From assembly GCA_965218585.1 (NCBI GenBank), contig CBDCLE010000019.1:32001-96000 (forward strand): 64,000 bases of DNA, written 5' to 3'. Source of the DNA: Terriglobia bacterium (GTDB lineage Bacteria; Acidobacteriota; Terriglobia; 20CM-2-55-15). Both the position numbers and the translations under genes were made by a program. Of this stretch, positions 50,779 through 63,236 are shown in pieces. Numbering within the stretch: position 1 is the first letter of the stretch; each line of letters starts with the position of its first letter. The notes under the pieces are model-generated. The model searched no databases. It saw nothing but the letters and a program-made list of their open reading frames with translations, and was not told the origin of the DNA.

Positions 50779-51138
50779 TCAACAGTTTTGCGGACACAAC
50801 GACACAACCTGGCCCTCGGGCAGGGTGATCATGCGAATGAGCCCAGAGAGAGAGCCGTCCCTGGCGCGACTGGCTTCCACCGTCACAGTCTCGCCGATGG
50901 CGTTCTCGAAATCGCTCTTATCGGCGCCCGCGAACGACCACGTTTCCACCAGCCCCTGGTCGCTCGTCACGTCGACGAACAAGTAGATGTGCGGATTCCT
51001 CCAGTCGAGCTCGGTGAGCGTGCCGATCCGTGTGAATCGCTGGTCAAAGTCGAAGACTACCGACATATTGTGGTGCGCCCATGCCGATCCCGTGACAATG
51101 ACGGCAAGAGCAATGGAAGCAAACATGCGCTTTTTCAT
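50779..51138 (-). CDS. DUF6152-like secreted protein
   Basis: AWAHH..VVFD, WRNPH, ARDG. Confidence 0.75.
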   Translation of the reverse strand: MKKRMFASIALAVIVTGSAWAHHNMSVVFDFDQRFTRIGTLTELDWRNPHIYLFVDVTSDQGLVETWSFAGADKSDFENAIGETVTVEASRARDGSLSGLIRMITLPEGQVVSLCPQNC

Positions 51139-51652
51139 GCGGTGCTCCTGTGCCTATGCCACGCTCCTCGGCCCAGATTCTTCCATAGCACCCGCACCTA
51201 GCTGCTCGTGGATCTCATAGGGACCGAGTTTGGTGCCGATTCCATCGTTTTGGTGTGTCGTTAACTGGACCGTGAAATTCTCTGTAAATTCAACTACAGG
51301 TGGGGTTTATTAGCAAGAAAACTGTCAACGCTTGGTAATTCGCGCAATTCTCAACGTCCGACAAGATGATTTATCAGGACTTGAGGATGGATTCGTACGG
51401 ATAGCCGGTTATACAGGCAAGTGACTCGCATCGGGACTGGGATTTCCAGAAACCGCTTCTGGCCCCTTGAGTTGCACGAATCCTAAACACTAGGCGACAT
51501 TTCGTTACCGAATCGTTGCGGACTTCAAACAAGAAGGTTTGCGGGCGGAGTGCCACCCACTAAAGGCACCAACACCCGTACCAAAACCAGTTTGATGCCT
51601 TCGTAGTAAATTGCGAATTGTCCAGACCGATCAGACTCTGGACGTGTTTCGA

Positions 51653-53278
51653 CTAGAAATTGAACAGGTTCGTGAACTTGACGATCAACGCTCGCTCGAC
51701 GACCTGCCCGTTGTCGGCCGAACGTCGGTCGTTGTAGTATGTTGAAGCGGAGATTGGAGCTCACCTCGTCCCGTTCGGCGTTGTACTGGATAAAGGCATT
51801 AAAAAATGCACGTGCCGTGAACGCATATACGAACCGCAGGCCCAACGGGTCGGTTGTAAAGCTTCCGCGGGTCAAATCCACCTGGTTGCGTGCGTAATTC
51901 ACGTCAACGTTGACGCGATAGTTCGGTTTTACGCTTAAATTGGCCGTAAATGATTCGCTCTCCCCGTCCCAGAACTTGCCCCACTCGACGCTGCCGCCTC
52001 CACTGATCTTCCTGCTCGAATCGCTCGAGGCACTGACCCTCTGCCTCCGGTACACATAGTCCCCCTCGGGAATGAGAATCCCCGGACGGATCCGAAACAC
52101 ACGGTTCAATCGTTCGAACCTTTCGGTTAACGTGTAATTGATCGAGGCGCCGTTCTGAAAGCGAATCCCCAGGTTCAGGTTCTGGGTTCGCGTTTCGACC
52201 TGTTCGGTCGTACCGTCTTCAAAATACTCCAGAGTCGTCCCGAAGATCAGATTTCGAACCGAGCGACTGCTTCGGATGAGCGGATTGAAAGAAAACTCTC
52301 CCGTGTACTTGGTTGCGTTCGGACGACGGACGAAACCGACTTCTGGATTGAAGTTCGTCTGGATAGCGTCGTAGGCTCCGGCAATGACCAGTTCGTCGTC
52401 GCGCCAGCCCGCAGCGAACTTCCGGGCCTGATCCTTCCCTCCAGACCCGGCGTGTCGGTCTTAAGAACGTATGCATCGAAATTGAGCCGGTTCGAGAACT
52501 GAAAAAATGCATCGACGCCGAAGAGCCGATTGTAGTCGCCTGTTACGGTGGAGTCGCGGTTGGTAACAATGCCCCCGACCCAGGAGTTCCTCAGGAGGTT
52601 CTGCTTCACCCGACCGACCGTATAGGTGTTCGACGGCGTCGACCCGGTCGACGCCGTCTTCATCGTCAGGAACCCGACGTCGTAACGGCCCACCTGACCC
52701 GTGACCCGTGCTCCGCCTACAATCGGAATCGGAGTTCCCTGGGCACTGAGACCGATCCGCCGGCTGAAGAAGGGAACGAGATCGTTTCGGAAGCTCCGAC
52801 CCTGGCCACCTCCCAGGTTGAAGGTACCGGCGTTCTCAAGAAAGAACTCTCTTTTTTCTGGGAAGAAGAGGTTGAAGCGGGTGAGATTGACCTGCTGCTG
52901 GTCCACCTCGACCTGTGCGAAATCGGTCCGATACGTCGCATCCAGCGTCAACGACTGAGTTAACCCGTATTTGACGTCCACTCCCCCGTCGTAATCCTGA
53001 TCTGTAACCCAATCCCCGAACGGATTACCGCCGGATCGCGTCTGGGTAAATCCCGCTATTGCGAACGGCTTTACTTTCAGATTCCGGCCCGGCCGGATGT
53101 TTTCAATACCTCTCAACGTACCCGCCATCGAGACGCGCGTGGTCTGAAAGCGTCGCGGTATGGGTGACCAGTTGCTCTCATCATTAATGCGCCGAACAGT
53201 CCGCAGCATGTTGAGACCCCATTCCTGCGACGACGCGTTGGAGAATCGCAACGTGTTGAACGGGATCTGGAACTCGAC
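51653..53278 (-). pseudogene. DUF5916-like outer-membrane protein, 5'-truncated and frameshifted
   Basis: EFQIPF, TDFAQVEVD, NLTRFNLFFPEKREFFLE, FFSRRIG, C-terminal KFTNLFNF spread over several frames. Confidence 0.82.
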
Positions 53279-53385
53279 TGTTGATTTGCACCCAAAACTG
53301 ATCCACTTAAAGCGGGTATTTGCATCGAAATTTGACCCACGTGTATACCCATTCCTGCCGATTAACAGAGCAGGAGGGCAAAGGA

Positions 53386-54777
53386 GTGATAGACGTGGCG
53401 ATATTGAGTGTGATCAGACGCTGGCATGTACGAGAGGGCGTATCGATTCGAGAGATCAGCAGGCGAACGAAGCTGTCGCGCAATACGATCCGGAAGCACT
53501 TGGCGAGCGGCGCTCTGGAGGCGGTCTATCCGAAGCGCAGGAGCCGGAGCAAAGTGGACGGCTACGCCGAGTTGCTGGCGTCGTGGCTGAAGCGGGAATC
53601 GGCCCGGGGTCGCAAGGAGCGGCGTAATCTCAAACAGCTGCACGGCGAGTTGATGAAGCTTGGCTACACGGGGTCCTATGACCGTGTGGCGGCGTTTGCG
53701 CGGGTATGGCGGCGCCAACAGCAAGAAGCCTCGAAGGTGAGCCGGGACACGTTCGTGCCGCTGGTGTTTGCGCCCGGCGAAGCGTTCCAGTTCGACTGGA
53801 GCGAGGACTGGGTGGTCATCGGCGGTGAACGCACGAAGCTGATGGTGGCGCAGTTCAAACTCTGCCACAGCCGGGCGTTCATGCTGCCCCAGGTGGTCAA
53901 CGCCCGGTTCAAGGCGATGGTGAGCCATTTCCTGTTCGAAGCGGAGTTCTGCACGCCTGGCGCCGGATGGGAGAAAGGCCAGATCGAGAAGAACGTCCGG
54001 GACGCGCGGCCCCGTCTGTTCCATGACGCGCCTGAGTTTGCTGGCTTCCGTGACGTGAACGTGTGGCTTGAGCGGCGATGCCGGGGTCTCTGGGACGAGA
54101 TCCATCACCCGGAGCAGCCCCAGCGTACAGTCGCCGAGGTCTGGGCCGATGAGCACGCGCATCTGATGCGCATGCCGACGCCGTTCGATGGCTTTGTCGA
54201 GCACACCAAGCGTGTTTCTCCGGCCTGCCTTATCGCCTTCGCGCGTAATCGCTACAGCGTGCCGGCCGCGTTTGCCAACCGGCCGGTCAGTGTCCGCGTC
54301 TACGCCGAACGCATCGTGATTGCCGCCGAAGGCCAGGTCATCGCTGAGCATCCGCGGGTGATCGCGCGCGGGCGCGACTGCCGGTCAGGGCGAACCGTCT
54401 ACGACTGGCGCCACTACCTGAGCGTCCTCCAACGAAAACCGGGCGCGTTGAGGAACGGCGCTCCCTTCGCCGAGCTTCCCCAACCTTTCAAGCGCCTCCA
54501 GGCGGCGCGGCTCAAGCGACCTGGCGGGGACCGGGAGATGGTGGAGATCCTGGCGCTGGTGCTGCACCACGATGAGCCGGCGGTGCTGCGTGCCGCCGAG
54601 ATCGCACTCGCAGCCGGGGCCGCCTCCAAGCAACATGTGCTCAATATCCTGAGCCGGTTACTGGAAGCCTCGCCGCCCAGCCTCATCGATATACCCGATG
54701 CGTTGACACTGCTCAATGAACCGAAGGCCGATGTTCATCGCTACGACCGCTTGAGAGGAGATGGCCATGTCATCTGA
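53386..54777 (+). pseudogene. istA: IS21 transposase with an apparent in-frame internal deletion
   Basis: FQFDWS and EKGQIE are present, but HSRAFML joins directly to VNARF; the segment with the second catalytic Asp (DN..TAV) is missing. Confidence 0.75.
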
Positions 54778-55540
54778 ATCTCTGGTCAGCGCGCTGAGGT
54801 CGCTCAAACTCCATGGCATGGCGCAAGCGGTCGATGAACTCGCGCGGCAAGGCGCTCCGGCTTTCTCAAACATAGAGCCCATGCTCCACACCTTAACCGA
54901 GGCCGAGGTCGCCGAGCGCGAGGTCCGCTCCATCAACTACCAGATGAGGACCGCCCGCTTCCCAGCCTATCGCGACCTCTCCAACTTCGACTTCAATGAA
55001 AGCCCCGTTGATGAGGCACTGCTCAGCTCACTGTATCGATGTGACTTCGTCGCCGACGCTCACAACATCGTGATGATCGGCGGACCGGGCACCGGCAAGA
55101 CCCATCTCGCCACGGCCATCGGCGTGCAGGCCATCACTCACCATCGCCTCAGAGTCCGGTTCTTCTCCACTATCGAACTCGTCAACACGCTGGAACAGGA
55201 GAAAGCCAAGGGTAAGACTGGGCAGATCGCCAACCGGCTCCTGCAAGTCGATTTGGTCATTCTCGATGAACTCGGCTATCTGCCGTTCTCGCAGGCCGGC
55301 GGCGCCTTGCTGTTCCACCTGCTGAGCAAACTCTACGAGCGCACCCGCAGGGTCCTCACCACCAACCTTGCCTTCGGTGAATGGCCCCGGGTCTTCAACG
55401 ACACGAAGATGACCGCCGCGCTGCTCGACCGCCTCACCCACCATTGCCACATCGTCGAAACCGGCAATGACAGTTACCGTTTTAGAAACAGTTCCACACA
55501 CACAAAGGAGACTAAACCCCGGAAAAACCCCAACCCATGA
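54767..55540 (+). CDS. istB: IS21 helper ATPase
   Basis: [26 protein letters not shown]. Confidence 0.9.
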   Translation: MSSESLVSALRSLKLHGMAQAVDELARQGAPAFSNIEPMLHTLTEAEVAEREVRSINYQMRTARFPAYRDLSNFDFNESPVDEALLSSLYRCDFVADAHNIVMIGGPGTGKTHLATAIGVQAITHHRLRVRFFSTIELVNTLEQEKAKGKTGQIANRLLQVDLVILDELGYLPFSQAGGALLFHLLSKLYERTRRVLTTNLAFGEWPRVFNDTKMTAALLDRLTHHCHIVETGNDSYRFRNSSTHTKETKPRKNPNP

Positions 55541-55613
55541 GCCATAATCCGGCTCTCTAACCCGGGTCAATTTTCAATGCAAAACCCGGATCACTTTTCC
55601 GTGCAAATTAACA

Positions 55614-55755
55614 AAGCCGGGATAGGAAGGGGTCGTGGGCGCGGATTCCTGTCTCCACTCTCCGGCAACCACGTCGAGAGTTGAAAAAAAACCAATCAGA
55701 AATAGGGACACGCCGAGGACGGCGCCGCCAAAAAGCAAGGTTTTGGAGTATCTCA
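55614..55755 (-). pseudogene. N-terminal fragment of an exported protein cut by IS21
   Basis: MRYSKTLLFGGAVLGVSLFLIG signal or anchor, then IS end. Confidence 0.5.
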
Positions 55756-55778
55756 TTGAGCGTTCCGCCCGCAATATA

Positions 55779-58006
55779 TCAGAAAGTCAGTTCAGCCTCG
55801 AAGAAGGTCGATATCAAAGATTTCGACGTATAAATGTCGCGGAACCCCTTACCTGGTATCAGGGTCGCGACGCCTCCTGTAAAGATGATGTTGTTGTTCA
55901 ACCAGGGGCGGTATTCAGCTCCGATGCTGAACTCCGGCCCGATGAAGCGTTCGATGTCCGATTGAAAAAGCACTGCTTCGAAGACTTCGGTGTGAACGAA
56001 CGAAAGGACGTTCAGATTCGCCGAGGCCTTCCATTTGGGCGTCAATTCGGCATCGATTCCAGCGTTGAAGATCATCAGCCCGGGATTGACGAAATTGGCC
56101 TGCCCTTCGTCTTTCGAACTCCTGAGACTGGGGTTCAGACTGAAGCGCTGATTGAGAGCCACGGCGGTACCCGTGAGCCGGATCTCCTGACGGTTCCACA
56201 AGCTCACGCCTCCGCCGGCAAAGAAAGGGACATCGACGATGCTGTCGAAGCCACGGGAGCGATTGTCGCGAAGATTGTCGTCACCGGAGGCAAAGTAGAA
56301 GGAACCCTTGTACCTCCTCCAGTCGCGGTCTATGGACACCTCCAACGCCACCATCTGTGCATTGATGTCGGAGTCGACGGGTCCAAAGAAATCCCCAGCG
56401 ATCTGATTGGGCCGCTCCTTCCCCAGGACCTGGTAAAACGCGTGGTTTACGTTCCAAACGCCGAAATGTCCGTCACCTGCCCACCCCAGATACGCAGCGT
56501 TGATGCTTTTGGGAACGACGTTCGAAATCGGGGCCGGCCGGACCAGGAGATCGTTCTCGTTGAAATGAACGCTGGGGAGATCGTTGTTGAAGTGAACGCT
56601 GAACTGGGCGGTGTAACCCTCCTTGACGAAATCCTGGATGTAGTAGTTGGCAACCATGACGTGTTGACGGCGCCAGTCGAATGTGTTGAGAAGGCTGTTG
56701 GTGTCCTTCTCCATCATGTAGAAGTAGGCGAGGTTGTACTGGTGCTTGTTCGACTTGAGGTTGCCGAAGAAACGGATACCGGGCTGATTGTCGAGAAACA
56801 CGAAGCCTCTGAAATCGCTGTTGAAGAACTGGGTGCCGGCTCGGACGGATAGAAAATCGAAGAAAGGACTGGTTTCGGCCAGCCTGACTTCGACGAAAGC
56901 CTCTTCGAGGGAACTGTGGACGTCATTTCGGGTTGTGCCTCTCCTGATGTCAACGTTGACCAGCCCAAGTTCCTCGACGTTCAGGTAGTTGTAATTCACG
57001 GCCGGTGTGAAACGAAAGCGCAGATCGAACGGTCTGAACTGCGTATAGCCGCGAAACAGATCCGCCGTAAACTCAAACTGCTGCACCAACTGGAACTGAT
57101 CGCCGCGACTGAAAAACCCGGGCTCACCGGGACGCTGGGAGCTGGGGGGCCGGCCACCGGAAGGCTTCGATATTCGGCTATGGTTTCGCTCCGGCCCTCG
57201 AGGGCCAGGAACCAGTTGCTCCCCAGAATCGGGTAGTCGCCTTTGAGGACGTTTAAATTGTAAGGGTCGATGGGACTTCCGGTAACGAAAGGATACGTCT
57301 CGCTGAGCGAGGTCCCATAGCGGTCCCATCTCGGAAAACCGATACGCCAGCGATCGTCCACGAGGACGAAGTCCAGACTGGCTATGCTCGTCGCCGCTCC
57401 GCCTCCGGCATTACCCAGCGGCAGAAACCGAGGCGCCACTCCAGGGAGACTGCGCGTAGCTTCCAGGGGCACTTCCTCTGGCCTCGGGCGAACGGCCGGA
57501 GTGGGAGGAAAGGACTCGGGATCCTCCAATACGGCGGGGCTATCCGCTGGCTGCCGGCGCCTTGGACGGGGCGTGAGTCCGACTGTGTCGGGTGTCGGGA
57601 TTTCTACGCTCAGAGTCAGTTCCTGTCCTGCCTCCAGGCGGAATCGTTGAGGCAAGCTCTGCCGTGCCGGTCCCTCGAGGATGGATGCGACCAGCAGGTA
57701 CTCGCCAGCGGGAAGTCCGGTAATCAGAAACTGGCCGTCCCTATCAGAGACCGTCCCAAAAGTAAGCTCTGTGGCTTCCAGGCTGGCGATCAACTGAACC
57801 CGCGCGAGGGGACGCCCGACCTGGTCTGTGACCTGGCCGGCAACGTTCCCAAGTAGGGAAGCCGGCGCCTGTTCGGGTCTTCGAATCTGGGCCGTGGATT
57901 CTGTCGGCAACCAGACGCACCCCCACACACACCCTGCCAAGAGCAGACAGAACAAGGCCGGGCTTACCCTTTTCCGGCACAGGAACCCAATCATTGAGCT
58001 TTTCAC
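55779..58006 (-). pseudogene. Outer-membrane beta-barrel protein with N-terminal carboxypeptidase-regulatory-like domain; frameshift near 57145
   Basis: GQVTDQ..GQFLITGLPAGEY, DPYNLNVLKGDYPI, FNSDFRGF, C-terminal ELTF. Two overlapping ORFs join at a G6 run. Confidence 0.75.
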
Positions 58007-59794
58007 CTACTCGGATTGCGATTGAACTTCAGATAGGGGAGTCTTGCCCTGTCTATGATTACCCGATCTGCCAGGATTTCGGCGGGTGCCTCAAAGCCGG
58101 TGGCTCCACCCGCCGAGACGACGTCATCCTGTTCCACCCCGTCCCCGCTGATTCCGAGTCCTCCGACCAGTTGGCCATTCTTGTAGAGCGGCACGCTTCC
58201 CGGAAAGAAGACTACGCCATTCGTGTTCGGCGGATTTCGATCGTCGAATCCCTGTGAGCAAGGGTTGGCCAGATCGTATACGAACAGATCGAAGAAAGGT
58301 CCGGCCGAACTGCCGCTGATACCGGGAGGGTATAAGGGTTGGCTGCCGAAATTGATGGTTCGGTTCGTGACCGCGGTAAGAGGAGGTACCTCGAGGAGAT
58401 CTCCTTCCTTCCCGTCTTCCCCCTCCTCCCCGGCCCTCGCCGCCCGTTCGGGACCACTGAAGTAGACCACGTTGCGGGACTTGGCCACGGCTACATCGAT
58501 GCTGAAGACGGTGGCATCCGGCATCCGGTACAGGCCTAGTAGATTACCGTCCAGGTCCGAGACCGCTATCACCATCCGGGTTCGACTTCCCAGAGGCAAC
58601 CGAATCGCCGCCCGCGTCTGTTCGGCCGTTCGAATGGACTGAAGGATGATCCGTTCGACTTCATCCGGACCGAGAAGCAGGCTGCCACGTGGTCGGTCCG
58701 GGCCTCCGACCAACCATCCTTCGGCAGCACCCTTTCCGGGACGAATGAATATATTTCCACCCGGGTCTTTGTCGAGGGCAAGATACTCTCCACCCAGACC
58801 GCCTGGTTGGGTGAACAGAGGCTGCCGCGTGTTCCGTACAAAGGGCAGGCGGATTCCGTCCACGAAAACGGCAAACGGCGGCCCCACGCAGGCTCCGGGA
58901 CCAAAAACCAACGTCCCCCGGGGAGCGATGCTGGCCACGAGAGCGGCGAATTCTGCATGATCGGGAGGAGGGCCAAAAACGCCAACGCCGCCGACCAGCC
59001 TGCAGTCCTTGAAAATGGGAATGCCGCCTCCATGAACCTGTGCGGGAAAGGAATCAGACTTCTCTTCCTCGGCTACGTCGACCAGTCGCCCGTCTTCAAA
59101 GCGACCCGTGTATTTGCCGGTATAGGGTCCCAGCCGCAACCCTCCCGTGATTCTCCATTGCAGGGCAAACGATCATCAGACTCGCCAGCAAGAAGGCCGG
59201 CATTGACCTGGTTTCTGACCTGGAGTTCCCGGAGAGACGTGGCGCGAGGAACACACTTACCGGGATTGAAAGCCACGTTGAAAGCACAGCCGCGGTTGGT
59301 GTTCTCGATGCCGTAGAGCGCTCCGTTGGGAAGGAAGTCGATGCCGGGCGGGAAGTTCTTCTGGCTGATGAAGCGAACCGTTCGTGAAGAAAGAGGCGCC
59401 TAATCGTTACTGAAAAAGCCACCGGTTCGAGCCAACGCAACAGCCCGCTCGGAATTCTCGAAAGTGGAGAGAGTCTTTTGCCAGACTGCCAGAATGTGCC
59501 CCGCGCGATCGGTGACTGCCACCGAAAACCCTTGAGAATCGAGAGCCCGAACTGCCGCCTGGATAATCGTATCGATCTCGTCGGTCGAAAGTCCCGCGGG
59601 GTCGTCGGGCGCATCGCAGAAATCATCAGACAGTATTTCGAGATTGGCGCGGAGAGACCGATCGGGATCGTTCACGCTCTGACCCGGACCTGGGCCGGCA
59701 GGGCTTGGCTCGCCAGAACCGGGAGAAAAGCGGTCGCAAGAATCAGGCATAGAAGTCGCGCGGATGGCAGCAAGGTCCGTCTGTGATTCGACAT
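58003..59794 (-). pseudogene. Secreted GlcG/HbpS-like heme-binding protein with two domains and several lesions
   Basis: VAVTDRAG, GGIPIFK..VGGVGV, IDVAVAKSR, PLYKNG..VGGLGISGDGVEQDD. Signal peptide from ATG 59794 is in another frame, TAG at 59400-59402, frameshift near 59140. Confidence 0.75.
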
Positions 59795-59811
59795 CGCGGT
59801 ATTATCTACCA

Positions 59812-61170
59812 ATGGTTCCACCCCCGCAAGAAGGTCGACTCGCCCAGTCGCGGCGATGTTTGAGGGTAGCCAACACCAGGCGATTCAGCCTATTTATCGT
59901 GCTGTTCGCGCTCTGGTCATCGCCCCGGGGCCTCGAGGCACAGCAACTGGATAACGTCCTGGGTGTCTCCAGTTGCGCCACCTCGGCGTGTCACGGGTCG
60001 GCCATTCCACGCACACAAACGAGAATCCTACGCAACGAGTTCCGCACCTGGCTGGAAGAAGACTCTCATTCGGATGCTTACGACGTACTGCTCGGGGAAG
60101 ATTCCAGGCAGATCATTCGGAACCTGCAAGGCTTCGGTTCGCCGATTGAATCCGCCGAGACCAGTGCGGTATGTCTGGACTGCCACGCCACCAGCCAGGA
60201 TCGGTCACACGTCACCGACGGTGTATCGTGCGAATCCTGTCACGGAGGGGCCCGAGCCTGGATCGATCGCCACGACGAAGTCTCTTCGCCGGAAGAGGCA
60301 TTGGCGTTGGGCATGGTCCCGACATGGGAACCGGAAACACGAGCCGATGTCTGCTTGTCGTGCCACCTTGGAACAGAGGAACAATTCGTGACTCACGAGA
60401 TCATGGCTGCAGGACATCCGCGACTTGCTTTCGAACTCGAGACCTTCACGTATCGCCAGCCAGCCCACTTCTCTGGCCCGGAAACCGGCTCATACTCAGA
60501 GAGAAAGCCGGAATCGGCTGACAGCGGCCGGGTCTGGGCCATCGGCCAGGGCGTCCACCTGAGAAACTATGCGCGCCTTCTAAGCTCTTCTCCGGGTGAA
60601 TCCAGGTGGCCCGAGTTCGCCAAGTTCGATTGCTTCAGCTGCCACCAGGCTGTGGAGCGGGACCAGGGACCGCCCGAACCCCCAACTGTCGGTTCGGGGC
60701 TTCTTGCTCTGAATCGTTCGAGCGCGCTGATGTTCCGCGAGGTGATCGCCGTTCTGGACCCGGAACATCTCGAGAGTCTCGATGTTCAGATGGACAGTCT
60801 TGATCAAGCTCTGGCCGAGCCAGGGAGCGAACTTCGCCGAGTCGGGGAAAGCATCGTCGAGATCGTCTCGGCCGATCTGGGGCACATCGCCACCCGGGAG
60901 TGGGACCGGAGTGACCTGCTGGCCCTTCTCGACCGTCTGACCTCTCCCCGGCTGGCAGCTACTTACCGAACGTACGCCGATGCGGAACAGGTCACGATGG
61001 CGGTTCAGGCCCTTGTGGCGGGACTAGAGAACGATCAGGTACCGGACCAGTTGAACCCGGCCCTGAGGTCTTTGACGTCCCTGTTCGAGGCAACCACCGA
61101 CGAGTTTGCTTTTCGAATAGGGGCTTTTCGGGAAAACCTCGCAGATTTCCGTCGATCTCTACCTCCCTAG
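59812..61170 (+). CDS. Multiheme cytochrome c (c554-like)
   Basis: CATSACH, CLDCH, CESCH, CLSCH, CFSCH, AAGHPRL. Start uncertain. Confidence 0.85.
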   Translation: MVPPPQEGRLAQSRRCLRVANTRRFSLFIVLFALWSSPRGLEAQQLDNVLGVSSCATSACHGSAIPRTQTRILRNEFRTWLEEDSHSDAYDVLLGEDSRQIIRNLQGFGSPIESAETSAVCLDCHATSQDRSHVTDGVSCESCHGGARAWIDRHDEVSSPEEALALGMVPTWEPETRADVCLSCHLGTEEQFVTHEIMAAGHPRLAFELETFTYRQPAHFSGPETGSYSERKPESADSGRVWAIGQGVHLRNYARLLSSSPGESRWPEFAKFDCFSCHQAVERDQGPPEPPTVGSGLLALNRSSALMFREVIAVLDPEHLESLDVQMDSLDQALAEPGSELRRVGESIVEIVSADLGHIATREWDRSDLLALLDRLTSPRLAATYRTYADAEQVTMAVQALVAGLENDQVPDQLNPALRSLTSLFEATTDEFAFRIGAFRENLADFRRSLPP

Positions 61171-61209
61171 GACCGAGGAGGGCCAAGCTCAAAGAACCGC
61201 ACGTGCGAA

Positions 61210-63236
61210 TTACTCGGAGCGGAGAAGGCCGTATCTGGGCCGATGAAAGCTATGGCAGAGTACGCACGGGGAAGTCACGCGCTGTGCGCTGGGTGTGGCG
61301 CCAGTGTGGCATTCCAGGCAAAGTTGGATCTGGGGCAACAGCAGGGCGGAATCAGCTTCGGCCTCACTCACACCGCTGTGGCAATCCTCGCATTCCGAGA
61401 TTGAATCGTGGGCCTGGTGGCTGAAGACGGCGGCCGGCATCCAGCCGATGCCTTCGGTAGAGGGCACCGGGGTGAGGCGCTCGACTTCGGCGATTTCGCC
61501 GGTCCCACTGACGGTGTGACATTCCACGCACACGCCTTCGCTTCCCAGCAGCCTGTCCAGCGCGCGAGCGGTTCGTTCTTCGGCCCAGGCCACCAGACCC
61601 AGCCTCTCCACTTCGCTGATCTCTCGACCCGGTCGACGGCGAGCGGGTAGCGGCGCCTCCGGGTCGCGTGCTTCGCCTTCCAGGGCCAGTGCCGAATAGA
61701 ACTGGAACGTGCTTGCCGATACGAGGACGACTTCTTCATGAGGAGCCTCGTCATCTTCATGGAGGGCGTCAAACGCGAGCGAATGACAGCTCTGGCAGTC
61801 TCTCTCAAAAAGAGTCGGCATCATGGTGGTCCCGGCAGGTTCCGGCCGGTGGCAGTCTCGACACTCCAACTGGATGTCCTGGTCCCGGGCATCCTTGATC
61901 GGCCATCAAGGTGAGACTCGTGCGCGAATGGGACACCGGATCGGACCAGAGGGAGGTCTCCTCCCTGCGGAACGCGTTCACGCTGCCCGCTGTCCACATC
62001 GATTGTTGCCGAGGGACGGAATGCAGGGTGACTGGTGGCAAAGTCGCCGGCGTCGAGCAGATCGGTCGCAGCAAACACCGAAGCCAGACCGGAGTGACAG
62101 CCCTCACACGTGGTGTCGCTGACCGAGGCCAGGGCACGAATCTCGTTGTGCTCCAGATGGCAGGACGTGCATTGCTGTTCCGCTAAGATTTCCACAACCT
62201 CGTTCGCGCGCGAGGAATGCGTACCGATACTCGGATGGCAGTCTAGACATGCAACCTCTGGGACTGACCGAAAAACGTTGATGTGACATGTTTCGCAATC
62301 ATCTGCGAAGTACTGATGCGAAGGAGCCAGTGGACCCGGATTCCAGCTTCGAGTCAGGGAGTTGTTCCCGAGGAAGTTGCCGCTCGATCCACTCTGGCTC
62401 AAAGGCAGCACCAGGAAACCCCAAAACACAGCAAGGCCCAACACCCAGGACAGCCGTCTCCGCGTCAGCAGGAGGCCCGAGATTCCCAGCTTCGTCCGCT
62501 TTTCGAGTTCTTCAGCCGCATGGCCCTGGGATTCGATCTTCTCGATTTCCAGCGCAAGATCCTCGCCCTTAGCGGGTTCAACGACACGGAGTTCGTGATG
62601 GCCGATGCGAACAAGTGTGCCCGGATTGAGGACTTGAGGCGCCGTCTTGAAATGACCGTTGACAGTGAAGTGATCGCCTTCCAGCAGATCCAGGCGCACC
62701 TGGCCCCGGAAGATCTCCATTTTGGCGTGATTGAGTGCGACCGACAGTTCCGGAATATATTCCTCGTCGATATCGGCGATATTCCCGAGGAGCGCGGCTA
62801 TCTTCTGACCGGACCGATTCTCGGTCATGGATTCCGGAATGAAGCTGTAGAAAAGAACCCCTCCTATACCCGAAAGAATCACCAGCGACATCAGAACATA
62901 GGCCAGCGTGTGGACGTTCCAGCCGAACTGGAAGCCGCTGTGAAGCGGCACCAACACCAGGAGCACTAGACCCAGGTAAACGTGAGCCGAGAGCCAGCCT
63001 CGTAGCGGCGCACTCGGAACCTTGTAGTAAGTGCGTTTTCGGACTCCGAACCACATGAGCCAGATCATCATGCCGAACGAAACCGTGCCCAGCAGATAGC
63101 CAAACCCCGTACCGCCGTTGTGTCCGCCGACTGGGGTATAGACCGCGTAACCTGCGAGCGCCACTCCAAGCAGCAGAAGCGCAGTCTTGAGATAGCGGAA
63201 TCCCCTGTATACCCAGAATGCCTCGTGCAGGATCAT
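61210..63236 (-). pseudogene. Fusion of a His-rich membrane protein N-terminus with an FHA-domain decaheme cytochrome c; frameshift near 61900
   Basis: HVYLG, HSGFQFGWNVH, partial FHA (ELSVALNHA, VNG, RIG). 4 CxxCH in the first frame and 6 in the second. Confidence 0.75.

Larger units (their letters stand above)
53279..55613 (+). mobile_element. IS21 family element (copy 2)
   Basis: Ends TGTTGATTTGCAC / GTGCAAATTAACA with internal repeats, istA-istB, no TSD seen. Confidence 0.9.

Noticed and set aside
55635-56852. 405-aa plus-strand ORF
   Set aside because: Antisense shadow of the beta-barrel gene
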